This document shows, one piece after another, positions 27,601 through 34,507 of a DNA stretch of 64,000 nucleotides. The DNA comes from Vicinamibacterales bacterium (GTDB taxonomy: Bacteria; Acidobacteriota; Vicinamibacteria; Vicinamibacterales; UBA8438), in the NCBI GenBank assembly GCA_965242835.1, contig OZ251506.1, forward strand, positions 2,842,130 to 2,906,129, in the 5' to 3' direction. Positions within the stretch are counted from its first letter, which is position 1. Every line of letters starts with the position of its first letter. Made by a program: the position numbers and the translations under genes. The notes below the pieces were generated by a model. That model saw nothing but the letters and a program-made list of their open reading frames with translations. It ran no database searches and was not told the DNA's origin.

Positions 27601-29443
27601 GGAGCACCGCGCGGCGCTCCGCGGCCAGCTTCCGGACGTCGACGCGCCGCCGGCGGGCCGTCTGCGGCGGATTCTCGCCGACCCCGCGTTCGACCGGCGC
27701 CTCGCCGCCGCCGCCGACGCCGCGACGATCGAGCTGCAGGAGCGCGCCGCCCGGGACGCCGAGTTCGCCCGGGCCGTCCTGACGCTGGAAGCGGCCGTGG
27801 CCGGCATCGACCGGCATCGCGACGCCCTGCGCGACAGCCCGGATCTGGAGCGGCGGAGCGTGGTGCGCGCCCTGGCCGGCGGCTACGTCGAGCCTTCGCC
27901 CGGCGGGGACCCGATCGTCAATCCGGACGCCGTGCCGACCGGGCGCAACCTCTACGCCATCGACGCCGAGAAGACGCCGTCGCCGGAGGCGTGGGCGGTG
28001 GGACGCGAGCTGGCGGAGACGCTCCTCGACGAGCACCGGCGGCGGCGCGGCGCCTGGCCCAGGAAGGTGGCGTTCACCCTCTGGCCGAGCGACTTCATCG
28101 GAACCGAGGGCGCCACCATCGGGCAGATCTTCCACCTGCTGGGAGTCGAGCCGGTCTGGGATCCGTTCGGGCGGGTCGCGGACCTGCGCCTGATCCCGGA
28201 GGCGGACCTCGGCCGGCCCCGCATCGACGTCGTCGTCCAGACCGCCGGCCAGCTCCGCGACCTCGCCGCGAGCCGCCTCGCGCTGATCAACCGCGCCGTC
28301 GCTATGGCGGCCGGCGCGCGCGGCGCCGACGCGCATCCGAACTTCGTCCGGGATGGACGCCGCCGCGCCGAGGAGGTGATGAAGGAGAAGGGCCTGTCGC
28401 CCGCCGACGCGCGCCGCTACTCCACGCTGCGGGTCTTCGGCGGGGTCAACGGAAACTACGGGACCGCCATCATGGAGATGGTCGAACGGGGCGACCGGTG
28501 GGAGGACGGCGCCGAGGTGGCCGGCCAGTACCTGCGCAACATGGGCGCGGTCTACGACGAGGGCGAGCTCTGGAGCTTCTACGCCGACGGCGTCTTCGAG
28601 GCGGCCCTGGCCGACGCCGAGATCGTCGTGCAGCCGCGGGAGAGCCATACCTGGGGAGCGCTGAGCCTGGACCACGTCTACGAGTTCATGGGCGGGCTGA
28701 GCATGGCCGTCCGGCACGTGACCGGAAGGGACCCGGACGCGTACTTCAACGACTTCCGGAACGCGCAGCGGCCGCGCGTGACGGACCTGGACGAGACCGT
28801 CTGGACCGAGGCGCGGTCGACGCTGCTGAACCCGGCCTGGGTCGGCGAGATGCAGGAGGGCGGGGCCTCGTCGGCCGAGCGGTTCGCCGAGACGTTCCGC
28901 AACACCTACGGGTGGAACGTGATGAAGCCGGCGGCGATTGACGACGCGCTCTGGAACGAGTTGTACGACGTGTACGTCGACGACCGCCACGACCTCGGGG
29001 TCGAGGCGTTCTTCCGGCGCGAGAACCCGTACGCCCTGCAGGAGATGACGGCGGTGATGCTCGAGACGGTGCGCAAGGGCTACTGGGACGCCACGCCGGG
29101 ACAGGTCGCGGCGCTGGCCGAGCTGCACACCGGTCTGGTGCGGGAGTTCGAGGCCGGCTGCGGCGGGTTCGTCTGCGACAACGCGGCCCTGGCGTCGTTC
29201 ATCGCCGAGCAGGCCCCGCCGGACCTCGCGTCGGCGTACCGCGGCGAGTTGCGGCGGGCGCTGACGTCGAGCGTGGAGCTGACCGAGGCGAGCGTGGTGC
29301 TGGCGGAGCAGGAGACGCGGCCGGCCGACGCGCCGGCGAACCGGCCGGGCCCGGACCGCGCCGCCTGGGTGGGCGCCGTCCTCGTCGCGGTCCTGTTCGC
29401 GGCCGCGCTGTTCGTCCTGCGGAGGCGGCGGGGCGCGAGCTGA
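24656..29443 (+). CDS. CobN/Mg-chelatase-family protein, membrane anchored at both ends (HmuS-like context)
   Basis: GGAGGGAG SD before ATG 24656. N-terminal TM IAAAALAAAALWSGFAVW; CobN motifs HFGTHGSLEFTPW, YVYVMSNVGEG, LYAIDAEKTPSPEAW; C-terminal TM AAWVGAVLVAVLFAAALFVL. Confidence 0.9.
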   Translation: MTAGTRPGRTTTARAWLDGPWRHRRRIAAAALAAAALWSGFAVWQRHLAVTRVAFVNFPGFQLARIERARRGGAVRVEALDLESLHRAADYPVVYVFGRGLQLDQAQLAQLREADRRGARLFVQGATNPTLDVTNLRGRELDAVSGYLEFGGAENYARLLNFSRAALDGKTFRSEPVQPPVERSMDVLFHLEDDRTFETVDAFEGWYEAQGLVKPGRPKIALLTSVPGPFNANRDHVDAFIRALEDRAWNVYPLAATEKRLDFLRRIEPDLVVLMPHGRLTLGRADEALAWLRERDVPMLTPVSVFRNHDDWMADQQGMAGAMLTMSVVLPELDGGVAPYAVAAQFTDADGYEIFEALPERLDTFCDLIERWLTLKTKPNRDKRVAVYYYKGPGRNAMTAGGLEVAPSLLNLLRSLRDAGYTVDGLPGTEDEFRRLIQTKGPVLGPYARGAFEEYLAAGDPALVPAGEYAAWLEADLDPGMRDAVVGRHGPAPGEYMTVGDGEETALAVARVRFGNVVLLPQPLPGVGDDTFRLVHGVQKAPPHPYVASYLWTRNAFEADAVVHFGTHGSLEFTPWRQVALSASDWPDALIGGIPHVYVYVMSNVGEGIIAKRRSYAATVTHLTPPFMEGGLYEGLRPLRDRLDGYRGAADGPVRTEQARTVRRLATEMNLHVDLGLDPGAEWSADDLFRLSNHVETIGGEKVARGLYTLGGVFTPEEIDATAELMAIDPIAYALSRIDVVESAVDAAELEDEVFFERRYRRRARRAYARRAAGRDAGTVLSGLVAEEDLRRAHAWREAARRPSDDDVIRGFISMGAPARARPDAAPSESRAADLEDLVARIRPHPKKVEFVERLQSEQEFARMSQILDPARLERARTIAAVIPPMAEALETAEDPDVFALLEAMQDPSLRERTFTLLKDPGLVDRVEEERRRLAAERLAFALEAPRVEALERAWGRESAGGLLTAATADVERALSAMAFYREHRAALRGQLPDVDAPPAGRLRRILADPAFDRRLAAAADAATIELQERAARDAEFARAVLTLEAAVAGIDRHRDALRDSPDLERRSVVRALAGGYVEPSPGGDPIVNPDAVPTGRNLYAIDAEKTPSPEAWAVGRELAETLLDEHRRRRGAWPRKVAFTLWPSDFIGTEGATIGQIFHLLGVEPVWDPFGRVADLRLIPEADLGRPRIDVVVQTAGQLRDLAASRLALINRAVAMAAGARGADAHPNFVRDGRRRAEEVMKEKGLSPADARRYSTLRVFGGVNGNYGTAIMEMVERGDRWEDGAEVAGQYLRNMGAVYDEGELWSFYADGVFEAALADAEIVVQPRESHTWGALSLDHVYEFMGGLSMAVRHVTGRDPDAYFNDFRNAQRPRVTDLDETVWTEARSTLLNPAWVGEMQEGGASSAERFAETFRNTYGWNVMKPAAIDDALWNELYDVYVDDRHDLGVEAFFRRENPYALQEMTAVMLETVRKGYWDATPGQVAALAELHTGLVREFEAGCGGFVCDNAALASFIAEQAPPDLASAYRGELRRALTSSVELTEASVVLAEQETRPADAPANRPGPDRAAWVGAVLVAVLFAAALFVLRRRRGAS

Positions 29444-29454
29444 CGCGGGGAGAC

Positions 29455-30129
29455 ATGGAAGCGGCACTCGACGTCGCCGCGGGGACGGGCGTCATCCTGT
29501 TCGTGCTGGCGACGGCGTTCATCGATCGTCCGTGGGGGCGGTTGCTGACCGCCGCCGCCGCGGCGGCGATCGCCTGGGCCGTGCACCCGATCGCCGTGCG
29601 CCACAGCCTGACCGCCTTCATCGGCGGTCTGGACGACGCCGGCGTTCGGACGCTGGCGGCCGTCCTGGCGTTCGACGGCGTGCTCGGCTGCGCCGGGGCC
29701 GCCGCGTTGCTGCGGGCGCCGTACCGTCCGCCGGCGCGCCGCTGGCGGCGGCTGGCGGCGCACCACGTCGGCGTCGTCCCGCTGCTCGCGCTGTTCTACC
29801 TGGAGACGAAGGCGTTCGGCGCGTCGGAATGGTCCTTTACGGCGACCGCGCTGGGGCTGTGCCTCGCCGTCGCCGCGGTCGGTCTGGCGGGGAGCGCGGC
29901 GGTTCGACGGCTCCTGCCGCATCGGGAACCGCGGATCGAGCTGCGCCTGCTCGCGCACGTCGGGCAGGTGGCGCTGGCCGCCGGGCTGACGGCGTTCGCC
30001 CGGCCGGGGGGAGTGGAGAGCACGGCGCCGCCGCTCGAAGCCGGACCCCACGCCGTCGTCGCCGGCGCGGCGGCGCTCGGGGTCCTCATCGGGTACCGGA
30101 GCCACCGGCGGCGCCTGCGCCGCGGCTGA
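29455..30129 (+). CDS. Hypothetical polytopic membrane protein in the receptor/CobN-like operon
   Basis: Five to six hydrophobic spans. Start is 11 nt after the CobN-like stop; its stop is 4 nt before the ExbB-like start. Confidence 0.6.
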   Translation: MEAALDVAAGTGVILFVLATAFIDRPWGRLLTAAAAAAIAWAVHPIAVRHSLTAFIGGLDDAGVRTLAAVLAFDGVLGCAGAAALLRAPYRPPARRWRRLAAHHVGVVPLLALFYLETKAFGASEWSFTATALGLCLAVAAVGLAGSAAVRRLLPHREPRIELRLLAHVGQVALAAGLTAFARPGGVESTAPPLEAGPHAVVAGAAALGVLIGYRSHRRRLRRG

Positions 30130-30133
30130 GTCC

Positions 30134-30605
30134 ATGGAACTGTTGACGCGCGCGTTGTATCTGCTCTCGACCGGACTGCTGGTCCCGGTCATCGTCCTGT
30201 TGCTGGCGCTCTTCGTCCGATCGTTGTTGCTCGCCGGAAGCACGTACGGCGCCTGGCTGTCGCGGCTCCGGTTCCGCTCCGCGCTGCGGCCGCTGCTCGA
30301 CCGCGTGGGCCGCGACGACGTGGAGGCCGTGCTGCGGGACGCCGACCTGCCCCCCGAACCGCGGTGGTCGACGGCGATCGAGCGCCTGGCGGCCCACGGC
30401 CGGTCCGCCACGCAGCGCGAGAAGGTGCTCGCCGACTTCGAGGCGGGCTGCGAGGCGGATCTGGCCCCGGCGCGGACCATGGCCAGGCTGGGCCCGATGC
30501 TCGGCCTGATGGGGACGCTCATACCGATGGGACCGGCGCTGGTCGGGCTGGCCGCCGGGGACGTGGCGGCGATGGCCGAGAACTTGCAGGTGGCCTTCTC
30601 CACCT
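30134..30605 (+). pseudogene. MotA/TolQ/ExbB-family proton-channel gene, 3-prime truncated
   Basis: LYLLSTGLLVPVIVLLLALF, then ARLGPMLGLMGTLIPMGPAL..MAENLQVAFST. Family similarity stops near 30605; the remaining ORF (to 30781) is Ser/Pro/Thr junk read from the next gene out of frame. Confidence 0.7.
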
Positions 30606-32559
30606 CGGCGCGGAGCAGCTCGCATCCGACGCCGTCTTCACGGTGGAGGACGCCTTCAACCGCACCGCCAACGCCTTCACGGGCACGGCCCAGTTCGGGG
30701 CCTACAGCATCCGCGGCGTCAACAACAACGGCCTCGATTCCGGTTTCGGCAACGCCAACGCGCTGGCCTCCATCCTGCTGAACCAGACGGCCGTCGGCCC
30801 GCGCACCGGCGACTACCTGAACCCGTCGCTCTTCGACGTCGGCTCGGTGGAGATCCTGCGCGGCCCGCAGTCGACGCTGCAGGGACCCAACGCCCTCATC
30901 GGTTCGGTGCTCATCAATTACAACAAGGCGGCGTTCGACGGCTGGGACGGGCGGGTCAGGCTCGAAGGCGGGGGGCTCGGCGCGCGCCGCGTGCAAGTGA
31001 TGCAGAACGCGGAGATCGTCGACGACGTCCTCGCCGCGCGCGTCACCTTCGAGGACCGCTACGCCCGCGGGGCGGTCACCAACAGCGTCAGCGGCGCGGA
31101 CGACGTGCAGCGGACCGACGAGCGGACCATCCGCACGCAGTTCTCCCTCCGGCCGCGGGCCGACGACCGGGCGCGGTTCGACTTCACGTGGCTGCGCAAC
31201 GACTCCGACTCGAATCCGTTCGGCATGGTCGTGGCCGACGACGCCGCGGGGATCACCCTGGAGGACCGGCGGCAGCCGTGGAACCAGCCGGACCGCTACC
31301 CGTCGAAGCTCGACTTCCTGAACCTGGAGGCGCACGTCGCGCTCGACGAGCACTGGACCCTCGACGCCGTCACCGGCTACAGCCGGTTCGACCTCACGCA
31401 GAACTTCGACGGCGACCTCAGCCCGTTCGACTTCCTCGCCGTCGACGCCGCGGGCGACGACACGATCCTGAGCCAGGAGGTGCGCGCGTCGTACCGGGGC
31501 GACGCCCTCGACGCGCTGGTCGGCGTCTTCCATTCCCGGGGCGACTACGGTTTCGGGTTCCGGGGGACCGGGATCTTCCCGGACGGCATGGGCGGCGTGG
31601 CGCCGTTCAACCGCGAGACCAGACTGCTGGAGGAGGTCGACCAGACCGGCCTGTTCGGGCGCGCGGAGTGGGCCGCGGGCGACCGCCTGCTCGTCACCGG
31701 CGGCGTGCGGCTGAACCGCGAGACGCGGCGCAACGACAACTACGCCGACAACAACGGGGCGGTGAGCGACCTGAACGCCGAGAAGACCTTCCTGCAGGTG
31801 CTGCCGTCCGGCTCGGCCGCCTGGAGCCTGACGCCCGCCACCTCCCTCGGCGCGTCGTACGCCCGCGGCTACAAGGCCGGGGGCTTCGCGTTCGCCGTCT
31901 TCCTCGGCGTCGCGGAGGCCTACGGCGAGGAGTTCACCGACAACTACGAGGTGTTCGTCCGGCACCGGACCGCCGACGGCCGGCTGACGCTGAACGCCAA
32001 CGTCTTCACCATCGACTGGCGGGAACAGCAGATCCCGTACACGGCGGAGGGCGGCTTCCCCGGATTCGACGCGCTGATCACCAACGCCGGCCGGTCCGCC
32101 CTGCGCGGCGTCGAGATCGAGGCGGAGTACCGCCCCGGCCGCGCGCTGAACCTGTTCGCCTCGTTCGGCGTCACCGACTCGGAGTTCATCGACTTCGTGC
32201 TCGACGGCGAAGACCTCGCCGGCCGGGCGTTTCCGCAGTCCCCGGCCTGGAACGGCGCGGTGGGGCTCGGCTGGCGGGCGCCGGCCGGCTGGTTCGCCAG
32301 CGGCACGTTCAGCTACACCGACGACGCCTACACCGAGATCTCGGCGCCCGTGCTGACGCGGGTCTCGAGCCGGAGCCTCCTGAGCGGCCGCGCCGGCTAC
32401 GAATGGTCGGGCTGGTCGTTCTACGTCTGGGGAACCAACCTGCTCGACGACCAGTACGAGCTGGGGCTGTTCGACGGCCGCGCCTTCGGGCTGGGAGGCG
32501 CGTACGGGCGGATGGCCGACCCGCGGGCCGTCGGCGCCGGGATCGACGTCGGCTGGTAG
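30606..32559 (+). pseudogene. TonB-dependent receptor lacking signal peptide, TonB box and first part of the plug
   Basis: In the frame of ORF 30364..32559, sensible sequence begins GAEQLASDAVFTVEDAFNRTANAFTG..YSIRGVNNNG..VEILRGPQS (mid-plug). A full barrel follows, ending in the canonical aromatic terminus GIDVGW. Confidence 0.8.
32445..32559 (+). repeat. Copy 1 of a 115-bp direct repeat (last 38 codons + stop of the TonB receptor)
   Basis: cgacgaccagtacgagctggggctgttcgac...gatcgacgtcggctggtag. Identical to 33438-33552 except for 1 mismatch. Confidence 0.95.
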
Positions 32560-32566
32560 CTTTCGG

Positions 32567-32594
32567 CCGCCCGCGTCCCGGGCGGCGCGGGCGG
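32567..32594 (+). terminator. GC hairpin after the receptor stop (9-bp stem ccgcccgcg/cgcgggcgg, 10-nt loop), no U-tract
   Basis: Direct reading. A related 10-bp-stem hairpin follows repeat copy 2 (33560-33592). Confidence 0.35.
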
Positions 32595-32608
32595 GGAAGG
32601 AGGACCGG

Positions 32609-32740
32609 ATGCTGACGAAAGACGCGGTCCGGCGCTGGTACGTCGTCCACAAGTGGACCAGCCTGGTGAGCACGATCTTCGTCCTGATCGCCTGCGTCAC
32701 CGGACTGCCGCTGGTGTTCCACCACGAGATCGACCACTAG
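32609..32740 (+). pseudogene. PepSY-associated TM-helix protein (PiuB-like), N-terminal 43 codons only
   Basis: GGAAGGAGG SD. MLTKDAVRRWYVVHKWTSLVSTIFVLIACVTGLPLVFHHEIDH then TAG. These proteins are normally about 350-500 aa, and the downstream sequence is unrelated. Confidence 0.6.
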
Positions 32741-32821
32741 CCCGCCGACGGCCCGGAACGAGGCGGTCTGCTCGGAGGCGGCCGCTACGACGAAGGCTTC
32801 ATGGGGGTTCATGACGATGCT

Positions 32822-33022
32822 TCACATCGAACTGTTCGCGCCGATCAGTCCGTAGTGCTCGGCGACCGCGTGGCGGAGCACGTCGGGCGTGACGACATAG
32901 TTCTCGATCTCGTAGCGTTTCCAGTAGACGACCCGCAGGCCGCCCTTGTCGGCCGGCCTGCCGGGCACGCTGTGGACGGCCGAACCCGAGTTCGACCCGC
33001 GCGCCGGACGGCCGGACCGCTG
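32822..33022 (-). pseudogene. Start-less C-terminal gene remnant, possibly DUF4435/OLD-Toprim-like
   Basis: Open frame without a start codon. It ends ...GGLRVVYWKRYEIENYVVTPDVLRHAVAEHYGLIGANSSM. The W-K-x-x-E-I-E-N-Y motif near the C-terminus is what I remember from DUF4435-type proteins (memory only). Confidence 0.3.
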
Positions 33023-33047
33023 CTACAATGGAACAACGGGAGGATAC

Positions 33048-33350
33048 GTGACCGAGATCACCTTCACCGCCGGGCAGCTGCTCGCCGCTCTCGTCGGGAT
33101 CTCGACCATCATCGGCAGCGGCATCTTCGCCGCGTTCCACGCGCTGCGCAACGACGTGCGCGACCTGAAGCGCGACCTGAAGCGCGACCTGAAGGAGACG
33201 GCCGACGCGATGCAGCACGAGAACCGCGTCGCCCACGCCGCGATCACCAAGAACATCGAGCGGGTCGAAGGTCAACAGGAAAAGAGCCTCGACCGGCTGT
33301 ACGGACTACTCTCGAACGTCTTCCCGCGCGCCGCCGCCGAACAGGCGTAG
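33048..33350 (+). CDS. Small N-terminal-TM + coiled-coil protein (100 aa) containing an in-frame (RDLK)x3 repeat
   Basis: GGGAGGA SD 3 nt before GTG 33048; TACAAT at 33023-33028. TM span LLAALVGISTIIGSGIFAAF; 12-bp perfect repeat x3 at 33159-33194. Confidence 0.55.
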   Translation: MTEITFTAGQLLAALVGISTIIGSGIFAAFHALRNDVRDLKRDLKRDLKETADAMQHENRVAHAAITKNIERVEGQQEKSLDRLYGLLSNVFPRAAAEQA

Positions 33351-33437
33351 GCTCACGGTCCGCGTCCACCGGCCCGCCGCCAGAGGGTGATCCTGCCAGG
33401 AGCAGAGGGCCCGCGGTCGGCGGGAAACGGGCGCACC

Positions 33438-33552
33438 CGACGACCAGTACGAGCTGGGGCTGTTCGACGGCCGCGCCTTCGGGCTGGGAGGCGCGTACGG
33501 GCGGATGGCCGACCCGCGCGCCGTCGGCGCCGGGATCGACGTCGGCTGGTAG
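33438..33552 (+). repeat. Copy 2 of the 115-bp direct repeat (orphan receptor 3-prime end)
   Basis: Same sequence as 32445-32559 (cgcgggccg versus cgcgcgccg is the only difference). It is not preceded by receptor coding sequence. Confidence 0.95.
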
Positions 33553-33610
33553 GCCGCGGCCGCCCGCGCTTCCCGAGCAGGGGCGCGGGCGGGAATTCAG
33601 GGAGAGGTCG

Positions 33611-34507
33611 ATGCAGGACACCGGCGAAGGCTTGCGGGTCACGGGACTGACGAAGACGTACGCGGGCGGCGTGCGCGCCCTCGACGGCGTGGACCTGGCG
33701 GTCGGACCGGGCCTCTACGGTCTGCTCGGCCCGAACGGGGCCGGCAAGAGCACGCTGATGCGGACGCTGGCCACGCTGCAGAAGCCCGACCGCGGCTCGA
33801 TCACGCTCGACGGCGTCGACGCGCTCGCCGACCCCGACTACGTGCGCCGGCGGTTGGGCTACCTGCCGCAGCAGATCGGCACGTACCCGACCGTCACCGG
33901 GCGGCAGCTCCTGGAGCGCTTCGCGTGGCTGAAGGGGCGGACGGACGCCGCCGAACGCCGGCGCGAGGTGGCGCGGCTGCTCGAACGCGTGAACCTGCGG
34001 CAGGACGCGGACCGCGCCGTCGCGACCTGGTCGGGCGGCATGCTGCGGCGGTTCGGCATCGCCTTGGCCCTGGTCGGAGCCCCGCGGCTGCTGATCGTCG
34101 ACGAGCCGACGGCCGGCCTCGACCCCGCGGAACGGAGCCGCTTCCACCGGGTGCTGGCCGACGTCGCGGCCGACGACGTCGTGCTGCTGTCGACGCACAT
34201 CGTCGACGACGTCGAGAGTCTCTGCGAGCGGCTCTCGATCCTGGCGGAGGGGCGCATCGTCGCCGAGGGGACGCCGGCCGCCCTGATCGCGCCGCTCGAA
34301 GGGCGCCTCTGGTCCCGCGTCGCGCCGCGCGGCGAGCCGTTGCCGGAAGGCGGGCTGCGCGTGTCGGCGACCCCCGCCGGCTCGCGGGTGGTGGTCGAAG
34401 CGCCGGCGCCCCCGGACGGGGCGTGGGCGCCGCACCCGGCGTGTCTCGAAGACGTGTACCACGCGGCGATCGCGCGGGCCGGCGTGGCCGGCGAGGAGGC
34501 GGCATGA
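33611..34507 (+). CDS. ABC transporter ATP-binding protein
   Basis: Internal start MQDTGEGLRVTGLTKTY. Walker A GPNGAGKST, signature WSGGMLRR, Walker B LLIVDEPTAGLD. Confidence 0.9.
   Translation: MQDTGEGLRVTGLTKTYAGGVRALDGVDLAVGPGLYGLLGPNGAGKSTLMRTLATLQKPDRGSITLDGVDALADPDYVRRRLGYLPQQIGTYPTVTGRQLLERFAWLKGRTDAAERRREVARLLERVNLRQDADRAVATWSGGMLRRFGIALALVGAPRLLIVDEPTAGLDPAERSRFHRVLADVAADDVVLLSTHIVDDVESLCERLSILAEGRIVAEGTPAALIAPLEGRLWSRVAPRGEPLPEGGLRVSATPAGSRVVVEAPAPPDGAWAPHPACLEDVYHAAIARAGVAGEEAA

Noticed and set aside
24308-29467. 1719-aa ORF antisense to the CobN-like gene. Similar giant ORFs: 21589..24852 (-), 29080..32700 (-), 33859..37263 (-), 50509..52806 (-), 15474..17516 (-), 12423..14330 upstream part, 572..2335 (+).
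   Set aside because: They are Arg/Pro/Gly/Ala/Asp-rich low-complexity translations with no motifs, each lying opposite or out of frame to a gene with clear family signatures. This is the expected artefact of stop-codon-poor, very GC-rich DNA.
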